A stretch of 56,357 bases of DNA, counting the filler, from Sluysia triapertura (lineage: Eukaryota): NCBI GenBank assembly GCA_046118255.1. It is 4 parts of 4 records of this genome, joined end to end, with 100 filler letters (N's around TTAATTAATTAA, not from the genome) between each part and the next. Parts side by side here need not be neighbours in the genome. Positions count along the whole stretch, not along the records: positions 22,867 to 44,696 come from JBJNIA010242880.1; 3 more parts are not named here. One strand, given 5' to 3'. This document shows, piece by piece, positions 27,978 through 40,802 of the stretch; within the stretch, counting starts at the first letter, position 1; every line of letters starts with the position of its first letter. Made by a program: the position numbers and the translations under genes. Below the pieces are notes generated by a model. That model was not told the origin of the DNA. It saw nothing but the letters and a program-made list of their open reading frames with translations, and did not search any database.

Positions 27978-28521
27978 AAAATTGGTTTGTTTTTATCTTG
28001 ACTTAGCAAAAATTGAGCACATGGATTTTCATGGTAATATTTTCATCTGTATTCCTAGCACGTGGAATCAGTGATATTCTTTTAAAAAACTGTAGTTAAA
28101 TGATCCAATTTCTCTTTTTATTGATACTTCTAATAAAAATATATCATTCAGTTTAAGTTTAATAAATTCAAGAGTGATGGAAACATCTTCATTTATAAGT
28201 TCTTTGATATAATTTAACATTTCTTTTACTTATTATATTAACACAGCCATCTTTTAAATATAACCTAACAAATAAAGCGACTGTTTTTTGATTGATATTG
28301 AAATCATTTGCTGCACCATTTTCATATCTTCTGTATAATTTCTAGTCTAATTTCATTTGCTATGCTTACATATTTTTTATGTTAAGAAAAATTCGATAAA
28401 TTTATTAAAATTATGATTAAACTATATGGAAAACCTTGTAACTGGGCACAACAAGACACATAATTATTGCTGTTCAAAATACAGTGAAAATTTAGAGAAA
28501 ACACGCTTTTACCATAAAACA

Positions 28522-28998
28522 TTGGCTTGGTGAATAAATTTGGTGTGGTTTTATTTGTTGTAAAGAAAACACACCAACTTCTTGTTTTAACTGATTTGAG
28601 TTACATTCATTCAGCTGAATTATCTATTTAAATCATTTTAGACTAACTGCCATTTTCATTACCCTCATTAAAATGGAGTGCCAGGTAGATAAAAAATGAA
28701 CATTTCTGACATCTATTTCTTTTCTATTTTCGCTCCATATCGAACTATTTTTCTGGTCTCACATTTGAAAACGAAGAAGCAATAACAACGTGTGGATTGA
28801 AGAATTTTTTGACCAAAATCACCAAGCTTCTTCAAACGTGGCATTGGCAAACTGCCAGGATAGTGGAAGGAAGTAATTGATTATGGCGGAGATTTAATAA
28901 ATTCATTTTGTTTGAAATTTTTTTCTTGGTTTTTATTCTTGATCGGCATATAATTTTCACAATTGTAAAACACCACGCGAACGTGTGCACCAACCGTT
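28522..28998 (+). mobile_element. Internally deleted mariner element
   Basis: Diverged mariner-type TIRs (ttggtg...ggtttta / taaaacacc...tgcaccaacc). N-terminus MECQVDK..EHF*HLFLFYF is fused to C-terminus FRSISNYFSGLTFENEEAI...FFKRGIGKLPG*WKEVIDYGGD. Confidence 0.85.
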
Positions 28999-29108
28999 AG
29001 AAAATAAAGGAAGAACAATATCATTTGTTATTAACTAAAATGACAAATTAATGAGTTAATTTGTGCAATATTTTCTATTTCAAGAAATAAAACCTGTTTT
29101 ATCTTCAG

Positions 29109-29749
29109 CATCAAACAATGCGGCACTGGCACTGCATATTTGAACAGAAGCCCTGAAATAATGTTGGATGAATACTCTTATTTGGAATCAGCTTCACGAT
29201 ACTCCATGCAACATCAAGAACCTCTTATATTGATGGTGTTTCACAGGCGGCCCCCTTGCGACTACAATCAAGGCATTTTGTGTGTAACACTATTGGACAT
29301 TCCACCTGAAAATGAAGATGACGGTGACGGTGATGATGGAGATGAGGAAGGAGACGATGACGGAGATGAAGATGAGTTGGAGGAGGATTTGGATGAGGAT
29401 ATGGAGTATGATTATGAGGAAGAGGAAGTTGGTGGTGGTGAAGATGAAGGCGATTATGGAGAAGACGAAGACAATGAAGTTGGAGAAGCTGGTGGTGGAG
29501 ATGCTGATGATGAAGATGATGAAAAAGACGTTACTGGAGGAAGATCTGAGGATGAATCTTCTAAGAAAACAAACAAAATCACAACAGCAACAAAACAAAG
29601 GCATCAGTGTTCTGCGATAAATTCATTTTCTGGTACTAGTTCTTATAATGTTTTGAATAAACCAATCAGAAGACGAATTGGGAAACAACTCGTTAAACGT
29701 GAAGCCGGTGAATCATTTACATCTCATTCAAATCGAGAGCAAAGTGAAA
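29109..29749 (+). CDS. Internal exon of an unknown protein with a long D/E/G acidic tract
   Basis: cttcag acceptor (29108), open frame IKQCGTGTAYLNRSPE...EDDGDGDDGDEE..., phase-1 donor (gttggt at 29750, or gtgaaa at 29744) compatible with the next exon. Confidence 0.75.
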
Positions 29750-31144
29750 GTTGGTTTTCGATATTAATGTGCTTAAATTTTGAAATCAAAGTAAAATGAA
29801 TATAAGTTATGCTGAACTATTGAGAATGTGCCTAACAAGAATGTGCCTATTGTCACAATTATCTCTAATGTATGTATATTCTTTATGTATATGTTAAGTT
29901 CAATACCGAATCTGCATTCTCTTTATGATCCTTATTCGGTACAGTGTTACAGTTCCATGTAATTAAAAGTTATATCTTTGGTTTCATTTAAAAGTTTAAG
30001 TACGATGTTTGTTCGGTCAACAACTCGCAGAATGCCTCATTCCATTCGAGGATCATTGATTATTTTTCAGTAATCATTATCATTGTTAAATATTTCTCTC
30101 AAAATACTTATAAAGCTCGAAATTTTTAATAAACTAAGCGTACCAATGAGCCAACAAGGTATCTTAAATTAGAACCAAACTTTATTCATAAATGCTGTTT
30201 TAAATTTGCTAAATAGAATATTTAATATAACTCGAAATGGTTCGGTATTCATTTGATTAATTCTACTCAACAAAATGTTTAATATAAATTTAAATCATTC
30301 ATACTTAAATTCAGAAGCAAAGACATGTGCTTCTAAATTATTTTGGGTGCCTAAACCAAAGTAAAAAACAAAATAACCAACTGTAACTTATTTTTATAAC
30401 ATTTATAACAAAGAAAAAATCTAATAACAATAATGAAGAGATGTGCGATTTTATTTTAATATCATGATTATATCATAAATTTTCTGGATCTCAACATATC
30501 TGCCAATTGATTTTCAACTGTTTATTTTTAATGGTTTTAATGGAGGAGGACTGTCAAAAATGTCTCAAATGTACTACCTAATATCCATCATTTTCTTTAA
30601 CTAAAACTCTTAAATATAAATTTCTATACAACCTGAGAATTGTTCAATTACTATAAAGGGTGTGTTTTGTTGTTTGCTTGAAGTTATCACAGATTAGTAC
30701 AACTCATAATTTGAGTCTCATCAACCTTTCGGTAAAGCTATATCAACTACTTTTTTCCATACTTACTTTATATCCGGAATTTGATATGTACCATGTTTAT
30801 CTTAGATATATCTTACTCTGCGCGAAAATTAATGCTCTTCAGATCAATGGAACTTAAAGTTAAATAGATAAATCCAGTTATTCTCATGGTGACATAAGTA
30901 CCAAACAGTATAACATATTTAGCATTTTTCATTATGCTGAATTGGTGCATTATCTCATTAGTACGTTCTAAGTTGTGCAATTTAACATAACCTACTTCTA
31001 CTCAAATTGAATAAAGAGCTTCTCGAATATTGCTGGACACTGATTGAATTCGTAAACTTGCGACTATCCATTGCATTGTTTTCATCAAATAAATATATCA
31101 AACATTTTATTTGACCCAATAAAATTAATTTGAAGCTATTTTAG

Positions 31145-31473
31145 AAAAAGGCGCAACTGTCGGTAACACTAAAGACAGCTGGAAGCGGTATTTGGAGCGT
31201 TATTTATTAACTTGTCATGACAATAATAACGCCCATTTGGCAACAGTGACATCAGAATCAACACAAGTTATGACCGCTACATCAAAATCACAAGATCAAA
31301 CACGAATGTGTTCCGATGGAAATGGTAGTAAACTAGAAAATCGTATTAGCGTTCCTGTATTTTTGTTGCGAGCATTGCGTCGAAATATCATGCGAATTTC
31401 AGCAAATGATAGTAATGACCGAGATCGAAATAATCAGCAAGCTACCTTGAATTCCAGTTCTGAAAATATTGTG
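31145..31473 (+). CDS. Next exon of the same unknown gene
   Basis: ttttag acceptor, phase 1, open frame KGATVGNTKDSWKRYLERYLLTCH...SSENIV, phase-0 donor gttcgt. Confidence 0.75.
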
Positions 31474-32071
31474 GTTCGTTTTTATCTGTAAAAAATTATT
31501 TTCTGGCATGCTTTAGACGTAAGCAGGAATATCTTAATATTAATAAAATTATTACTCTATTCATTTAATTGTATCTCCATTTTATCATAAACCCAGTAAA
31601 ATATTAAAATTTTAAATCTTATGAATCACAGTCATACAGCCACTAACAAATGCCTATTTAGTATGCTTAATTATATAGTAGTTGATCAAATATTCCTACT
31701 GCTGCAACTAAATGTCTAAAATTTGGCTTACTTTTTTATAATAACACTCTCTAAATATAAAAAATATTTATTTTGATATTCCAGATGATAAATATTGTTA
31801 TTGGTTATTTCAGAGGCATTATACAATTAAGAAAAAAACTAAACTATTTGGTAAAATATGTGGATATACTAGCTTGTGATATGAAAGTTACATGGGCCCA
31901 TAGAGAGTTAAATTGATGGATTGTTTTGCACCTTTAAAGAAATTGATAATGCACAAAGTAAAGAGGATGACGTTGTGGAGGATGTTCGATTGTAGAGCAA
32001 ATCAGCAGCTGTTGAAAAATTGATGAAAGAATTTTAGACAAATACAGTGTTCCTTTTAGTTATTGATATTA

Positions 32072-32896
32072 TCGTAAAATCCCGTGTATAAGCCGTGGGA
32101 TTTTAAACTAAATTTTTTTAAAAGAAAATTTAAATAATGTATTCAAAACCACTAAAATCCTCATCAAAACTCGAGCAATCTGAATGTTTGGGTAACTCTT
32201 CTAAACTTTCTTCAACTTCTTTATGATTTAAGTCTTCTCGACATAAAATACTTGACCTATAAAATCCAGCCCTTGATTCTCCTATCCAATTACAAATTAA
32301 ACCATAAGAGGCTTACTTTAAAATGATCTATTAACTGAGATATGGAATGGTTGTAAAATCTTGGTTGACTCATCATACATCACTACTAATCTGGAAACAG
32401 ATTTAATTTATTTTTGACATCTCCAGTTAAATGGGCCTTTGCTGAATCAACTATTAACATTGATAACGGATCGGTCTTTTTCAAACTTCATGTACCCATT
32501 CCATCGTGATTTTACTATCGATCCAACATTTGGAAATTACTTGAACAACTATTCCTCTCGGAAAACTTCTTTCAAACATTATTAATGGTGGTGATTTATT
32601 GCCATCAGCAGAAACACATAGAACAACAGTAAAGTGAGTTTTTTCATGCCTTGTTGAAATTCTGACTGATTTCACACCTTTTGATTCGACAGGAGGTGAA
32701 AACAACAAAAAATAACTTTAGTTTGTGAAAAATGAAGTCTAACATAGGTTTTAAATAAAGATTTAATAGAGGGTGTGACCTATATAAAGTTAAAAAGAAT
32801 CATTAAACTAACTTATATAAATGTGTGTCTAAATGATGCTAAAAATGAAATATTTGTTTCCATGGATAAGCAGAGGCTTATGCATGGGATTATAGG
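32072..32896 (-). mobile_element. Internally deleted pogo/Tigger-family element in an intron
   Basis: DDE_1-type VESKGVKSVRISTRHEKTHFTVVLCVSADGNKSPPLIMF. TIRs tcgtaaaatcccgtgtataagcc / ggcttatgcatgggattatagg, with TA on both flanks. Confidence 0.9.
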
Positions 32897-32979
32897 TATC
32901 AAAGTGGTGTCAAGTTTTACATCATCATGTTTCATTAATTTCAAATTTTAATCGGTCATATATCTCAGTTTTTATTTAG

Positions 32980-33126
32980 ATGAAAACTGAAGATATCGAT
33001 AGCACGGATCTTTCGTTATCAAAACATTTGGTCAACAAGGATTCTTTTTATACACATTGGCACAACACCATCGTTTCGTGTATCACAAATATATTTCCGC
33101 AATCCAATAAAGAGCGACTATTACAG
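32980..33126 (+). CDS. Third visible exon of the same unknown gene
   Basis: tatttag acceptor, phase 0, MKTEDIDSTDLSLSKHLVNKDSFYTHWHNTIVSCITNIFPQSNKERLLQ, donor CAG|gttatt. Confidence 0.7.
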
Positions 33127-35042
33127 GTTATTATTTATTATTATCTGAACAGAAAATAATAATAATTTACGGAACTAAACTAGACATGATAACAAACACC
33201 CTCCACCAAGAACTAGATTATGTAGATGAATTGTATTTGTGTATTAATATTGATCCGATCTTTAAATTGAATGGGGTGAATGGTTTTGATTTGCGTCTTT
33301 TCGTGATTTCTTTGGTATAATTATTCAAAATCTAAATACAGGTTGTCAGACAACCTGTCATAAATTCTTAAAAGTGTGATAAATCACGATACTTGCACCG
33401 TTATTAAGACAAGAATAATCTATTTGTTCATAGTAAAATATAACAATAAGAATTGTGACTCGCAATATTTTATTTCCATGGTTAAAGTGTCATATTTGTA
33501 GAAATTGTGGTGTGGAAGAATTATAAAACGACAAATTTTATTTTAATGATTTTTGACTGTACATTAAATATTAGTTCATTTAATTCTATTGGGTATGTTT
33601 GAAAGTGTGTTATTTTGATCCTTGACTCACCACCACGTATAGAAATTTTATTTGTTTTATACCCTTTTTTAATTTAACAACAATGAATTTTTCGAGTCCT
33701 CAATAACAGTGACCTCTTATCCAATATTGGAGTATAGACAATATGCAAAATAGCAAATGTTGTAGAATATCTTTAGTCGCATAAATTAAATTATTAACCA
33801 CTAATATTAAATATCTAAAAGTTTTATCCAATGAATAAATCTCATTTTTGGTTTCTTGTTTTATTTTTCTTCAAGTACTTTTACTAAATTTAACTTTAAT
33901 TATATTATGGGCAATTAATTTTTAGGTCCTTTGAGGGATGCTGTATTGTTTATTCGTATTAATTTATTTATTAATTTTAATTTAGTTTTAATTTTAAAAG
34001 ATTTGAAGCCGGCTTAATAAAGCCTGGTCAATTATCCATTTATAAACAAAAAACACAAATATAACAAAGATATCTTAATGTTCTTCTAATTGTTCTGAAA
34101 TGGCTTCCATTAAAATTGATCGTGGAATGTCACTAGATGTATTTTTAAATAAATAAACAGTTTCTTGAAAATTAATTAAACGTTGACTATACGATTTAGT
34201 CAACAGAAATTTTAAGTGCTTCTAAAATACGCAGTTTAATAAGAACAGTTGAATCTACTTCACAATGTGATATTTGCACAATAACACATTTAATAATTCC
34301 TATTAATTCAACGTTTGATATTTTCTGTGAAGTAAAATTTAATGATTCGTGCTTCGACGACTGTAAAATTTTTAATAATAACATTATATTATTATAACTA
34401 TTAAATTCACGCGTTATTTATCTCGTGGCACGATTTAACACAATGATGACAAACTAAATCGTCTTTACCATTATGGTAATAATAATAATTATTATATGAT
34501 AATAATAACAATTTTAATAATAATATGATATTTTAGTCTATATCCATGTATAATTGATGAAATATGCATTGTTAACATATTGTGACAGTTATTGTGAATA
34601 TGTACTGAATTTACGTTGCAATGTCATGTGAAGATTGTTTGTGTTTTATGCATGTTATTTGTTGATTTGATATTTTGTGTTAGACTGTGTTGATGTTCGT
34701 CTATAATTGTGTTTATGATAAATATATTTTGGCTTTGAACTCACCACACTATTCTATAGTTAATTTTTCTTTATACAACTTATTTTTGAGTTGTATGTAT
34801 AGTGCTATCAAATCTATGTATTAAAGTATCCCCCTACTCGTCCAGGATTAAGGTCAACAATTGTGACATTTAAATTTTTCTATAAATTAAATTAGGCCTA
34901 AATCCATAAATTAATTTAAGGAAATTGTCACAACATTTAATAAATTAGTGGTGCAACCAAACGTATGTTGATCATTTAGTCCGCACAAAACAGTAAATAA
35001 AAATAAAAATCCTACTATAAATCGAATAAAAAGAAACAACAC

Positions 35043-35043
<1 letters not shown>

Positions 35044-35086
<43 letters not shown>

Positions 35087-35100
35087 TAATAATAATAATA
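35044..35100. repeat. (AAT)n microsatellite
   Basis: Directly visible; it generates the poly-Ile shadow ORF 34911-35135. Confidence 0.95.
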
Positions 35101-35999
35101 CACGATAAGAAAGTGATATCATGCCCAAGTAACAATCATAACAAAGAGGATGGCAGCAATGATGTTTATTTTATTTCTTGATTGAAAGCAAGAAGTGTGT
35201 GTGTGCCAGTGTTTAAGGAGGTGAAAAAGTGAGAATGAGTGCTGTTACAGTGGAAGGTATGCTATAATTTTGAGTTTAGATTGATATTGGTAATTGTTGG
35301 TATGTTTGAATGTAAAATGCGTCATTTTGGGGTTGACATCATCGCACTTATGCTGTGGTTGACTGTGAACTGGGTTTGCAAAATAAACTAACTATGGGTT
35401 CGGCTTCTAATGTTAGGTAGGCCCATACATAACTGTCAAAAATAAAATAATTTAGTGGAAGAAAAAAAATTCTAACTATTATTTGTATGTGCTGCGCTAG
35501 TACTGACTCGATTGTAAATGCATGTTGTAAGTACTGCAGATAAACAGATATACAAACGACAGTAATTATTATTTGTATTAAACGAATAGTATGACACTAA
35601 TATTTATCAAAATATAAACTGTCAAGAAATACAAACAAAATATTAAAAGATTGTTTTTGATTTGTCTTCAAACATGAGTTTTTGATTATAAATTTCTTAT
35701 CAAATCGAAATAAATATAATACAAGAGAATATATCTTGGGGTTTTGTGTGGAAAATGGAAAAATTTATTAAATAAACTAACAATTTATTTACCTATACAA
35801 GTAGTGCTGCGATTAAGTAAAGTACTGTAATAAATCTAGATTGTATCGTGTCCAAATATAATTAAATTTCAATTCAATATAAATTCAACTTTAAACCAGT
35901 TTCAGAACGGCAAAAAATAAAAATAGAACTAGTATTTATATTAGTTTTTTCTTCATTTCGCTGATAAGTGTGATTAGAAAATAAATTCTCTGAAAAGTT

Positions 36000-38150
36000 A
36001 TTAATATTATTATAATGTCTGTTATTATTATTACAATTTTAATTGAGTACTTGGTAATTGGTGAATTGAGGACATTTTAAATTCGGCGGCTTTGAGGACG
36101 GCTATTTTTCAGGAAATAAAATAGCTTCTCTGTAGACGGTATCTTTTTCTTCGTCCGATGAATCCATATAAATATATGTTTCTGAATCACTTTCTTATTC
36201 GGAATTATCAAAATATTCAATAACTTGATTGCTTGATGGTATTTCTTTTGCCGAAAATTGGCAAAACCTTTTGGAATAATTACCTCTTCGTCTCAGCTCT
36301 AAAGCATCTAAAACATGCAATAGTGACAATTTATAATAAACAAACGTTCAAGTTCTTATCGGTTCTAACAAGATCGATGAGGGTCTTGACCATAATTCGA
36401 AGTAAAATGTTTATCAGACAGTTTAAATTTTTTTGAATCAAATTTTGCAAAATTATGTACTTTCAATATTACCTATTTTTAACACTTAGCTGTTAATCTC
36501 TTACAATATCCCTCAAAACATCTTTGGTAAGACACGTTTCATGAGAGTAATATTTGTGTATTTATTTGCAGTACCTGAAAGAAACTCACATGACTGGCCA
36601 GATGTGTCCCAGTTTCGAAGAAGGTCAGAATCTAATTGCGCAATACGAATCCAATAAAATCAGTTGGTCTGTTGGATCCAATAGTATCTTTTGTCATCAT
36701 CAATCATTAATTAATATGAATAATATAATGGTTAGTTTTGTTTGCATCTTTACTACAAGATATCTTTAGCATTGAACAACTCAATAGAAACTTGAATGAT
36801 AACTGTGTTCCCGACTAAAACGTTGTTATTTAAAAATACTCAGCAGCATAGATAATTAAAATATGAATAAACAATTTTAACGTATTCGCATGGAGTTATT
36901 TCACCATTCGGTTAATAATGCAATTTCTGAGTCAAAAGCCTTTTTCTTTTGATATATACACCCTGTTTTAATTAGGACACCCTCTATTAAACACAAATTA
37001 ACAATACTTTTTAATAAATAAAACACGAATAAAATATTACTTATTTATAGTTCCCAATTTTAGCACACTCTTAATTACTATATTGCATTTAGTTAAATAA
37101 ATTTCATTTCAAAAGTATAATAGGACACATTATACAAACTTTTTAAGAGACTACAACGTATTTTATAAAATTAGTATTTTATTGATCCTGTGTTTTTCAA
37201 TACCTCTACACACCTTATTGTCATCGAATTAATCAATGTATTTACACTTTTTATTTCAATCTTTTTCCAAGCATCCAATATTGCATTTTTTAACTCAAAA
37301 AAGGAGAAAGTAATGCAAGTATAGCCAAAAAGTTAAACAGATCAAGACATGCGATATCCAATTAAATGGGCCGCCTTAAAGAACTTTCCAATCGCAGAAA
37401 AGGAGTTTGAAATACAACATTGTCTACAACTCGCATAATGTCAGATTTAGAGCTAAACTACAGTAAAACAAATGTATGGAGAATATTAAAAAATAGTGAT
37501 GAGGTCGAATTCATTAAAATACTTGCTAAACCCCCACTCTCTGATGCTAATAAAATAACAAGAATTAACTTTGCCGAAAATCATTAATAACCACATTGAC
37601 TGGACCAAGATAATATTCTCAGATTAGAAGACATTTAATTTGGATGATCCTGATGGTTATAAATACTATTAGCATCATCTAAAGGATTTAAAAGAAATAT
37701 TTTCTAATAGAATTTGTGGTGGATGATTAGTTATGGTATGGGGTGCCATAATTTATAATAAAAAGCTAGCTTTACGTGTGGTTCCATCAACTCTTAATGG
37801 TGATAAGTACTATGAATTGATAAAAGAAGTAGTAGATCCAGAAAATATCAATGTCATCTTTCATCAGGATAATGTTCCTTGTCATCGATCAAAAACTACA
37901 CTTAATAAGTTCAGTGAAGATTGATTAAAAGTTTATTTTTCTGATGTTCATTTATAAGTTATCGAAATAATTGGAAACAGCTGAATAACTTATCATTGCT
38001 ATTCAAAAAGCGATATCAAAAATAAAAATAAAATAAACTGCGGTATCATGATTTTCATACCATGTTCGTTGACTTAGTGCTTGCATCTGAATAATTTACT
38101 GCTTCCTCAATTTTCAACGTTCGCCGATTGACTATTTTTACTTAATAAAG
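36000..38150 (-). pseudogene. Decayed intronless ORF of unknown identity, interrupted by the Tc3-like element
   Basis: Coding-like, more GC-rich minus-strand stretches with stops (e.g. RIAQLDSDLLRNWDTSGQSCEFLSG; IVNRRTLKIEEAVNYSDAST) on both sides of the transposon. No family recognised. Confidence 0.3.
36957..37925. mobile_element. Tc3-like (Tc1 family) transposon remnant with internal inversion
   Basis: Plus strand WTKIIFSD*KTFNLDDPDG, MVWGAI, FHQDNVPCH (37300-37924). Minus-strand C-terminus ELKNAILDAWKKIEIKSVNTLINSM (~37220-37296). Probable terminus near 36957. Confidence 0.88.
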
Positions 38151-40802
38151 GACTTCAAAAATTCGTGCTAAAATAATTGACAAAAAAGTATAATTATTTA
38201 GTTTATAATAATTAATAATGATAATATTTAGATACGTAATAAGTTGGTGTCGCAAATTCGGAAGAATCGGTTTAATAATTTCAACGAAAAGTGGTATCAG
38301 AATCAATTGAAACTGGGAAATATCGATCTGAATAATCGCTCTAGTTTATTTTATGGACAGGAAAAATTTTCTACAGATTCTGAAGTGGTCAGAACTGGCC
38401 CGTGCCACAGTGTCGTCTCTGACGTAACTTCCATGTGACAGCACTATTCATATCACAAGTTTTATTTCAAATAATTTGCATTCATACATACACACTCGCT
38501 TTCAATTTTGACAACGTGTTCTTTAATTAGAACTTATCGGTAATCCATTATTTTCGACCTTTACAGACCACATTATTACTTTGCGGAAAATCTACTTGAT
38601 CTCTATTTCATAAATGGTTTCTTATTGTTGTATGAAGTTCTTTATTTTCACAATTATTCAGTTCTAATACTGTCTCTCGTTTTTCCGTTTCCTCTAATCA
38701 TGATGCTGTTTCTGGTTATTCTTCGGAATGTGACTTATTCTGATAATTTATATATAATATTAGTTTGTTTCTTGTGGTTTTATTATTAATATTACTATTA
38801 TCATGACACAATTACGAATATTTGTGCAGCTGTGGCTATTGTGCACTTGTAACTAATTGTAAATTTATATATTATTATTATTATTATCATTATCATTATT
38901 ATTATTATACATTAATAGAGACTTGGAGATATTTTTTGTTTTGAATAATATGTCTTATTTTGAATAATTTCATTCTGGAAATATTTCCTCTTACTATGCT
39001 CTCCAATCAGAATTTATACCATGTTATTAATAATAATAAATAATGCTTTTATGATTAAATCTATAATAATACAAAATAACAAATAATATAATAATAGTAT
39101 TTGTATTCTATTCTGTATAAAGAGTGACAACATTGCAATTACTTTGAATAAAACTTCGAAATAATTTATCAATTAAAAAAGACGCCTAAACATCTTAAAG
39201 AAGTATATTGGCTTCCCAATTATAGTAGTGGTATTCGAAATATTTACGGAAATGGTGCATTTATCTAGTCGAAATAAAAAATGTGATAATAAGATCGACA
39301 ACCAATTATCATAGAATGTTAAGAAAGTTACTTGAAGGTTATGAAATATTCAAGAAAACACTTATAATAATAAATATTAGTGCTACATGAATTAATTTAT
39401 TAATAATTTTAGTGTTGTCATTTAAATTTATCAAAATCTAAAAGGCTAACATAATAATAGGACAATAGTAATAATGATCTATAATAATGCATACAATAAT
39501 AATTAATGATAATGTTAAACAAACAAGAAACATAGTTAAATAATATGAAAATAATTTTATAAAAGGCACCTAGGACTTTATTATACGTGACAGTGAGTAC
39601 ATTTGCAGCAGTATATATTCGGTAAGACCGTGTTAATTCGTTATTAATTAAACAATTATTTTTGAATTATTTCTAAAATGGTTATAATTACGAAAAACTT
39701 GAGTAAAAATTTTGGGTAGACAGAGTTAATTATTCGACGAAAGTTGTTACGCATCCAGATACAATTACCTTTAAAAATTAAGTCACGTTAATCTTTTTGA
39801 TTTGACAATTAAAATCATTTTTAACTAAATTTTTGATTTAAAGTAATTATCTAATTTGAATCTTATTGAATAGTAGTTCTTCACCTTTAAATTGTAATCA
39901 TAAACATCTCTTGAAGGACTTTTAAATAAGTCAATAAAATAATAGATCAATTTATATTGTTACAATTTGTATTATTTGTTTTTCACGTCTTATTTTAAAT
40001 AACGACAAAATACGTTTGTATGTAAAGATTTTAATTTTATATTAAACTAAGTTTAACACAATTTTAGACTCTTGTCTTGACTGTAGAGAGACTTTAATAA
40101 TTAATTTCTTGTTAAGTTATTCACATTAATATTATATTAAATTTGAGTAAGCTTGTAATCTCTGTAAACTTCGATACTACATTATTTAATTTAAAAAACT
40201 TTACCTTTTTTGTGGCGGCCCACATCATTATCAGTTGCTTCAGTGCATAAGATAAACATCAAACTATTAAACAACAAATTTACACCTCCAAAACTTTCCA
40301 CACGTTTTACATCTCATTACTTAAACTCCCAACGTAAAAAATTTATAATTAAACCAATATGCCACCAATCGTCGTATTGTCAAAAGTATTATTATTATTA
40401 ACGAATTTCAGAACTCAATTTTACTTTTGAAGTAAAAATTTGCAAATGTTTTTCTATTCTCTTGAGAAACATTATCTATTTATTATTGAATACAAAATTT
40501 TATAACACATTTTAATTTTTTGTGAATAATTTGGGGATTGATGATTTAGATGTTTCGAGGAGCAATACTCCTGACAACATGTTGTGGTTGTTTTGTATAT
40601 TGTACATGGTATAAAATAATGTTTTACGAAAAATTTTTGAAGTAAATAAATGATTTGAATGTGTGGTTTTGTAACTATGGTTCTCTTTGAGGGTTTATTA
40701 ATATTGTTATAAAATTCCAGAATTAAATTTATTATATGATGTACATATTTAATTGATGAGTTTGTTAAGAAGGTAAATGTTTCAAAGTTCGGTACGTGTT
40801 TA

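Noticed and set aside
29290-29620. Met/Lys-rich and hydrophobic ORFs 29312-29620 (+) and 29290-29604 (-)
   Set aside because: Shadow frames of the GAT/GAA acidic tract.
34911-35135. Poly-Ile membrane-like ORF
   Set aside because: Translation of an AAT microsatellite.
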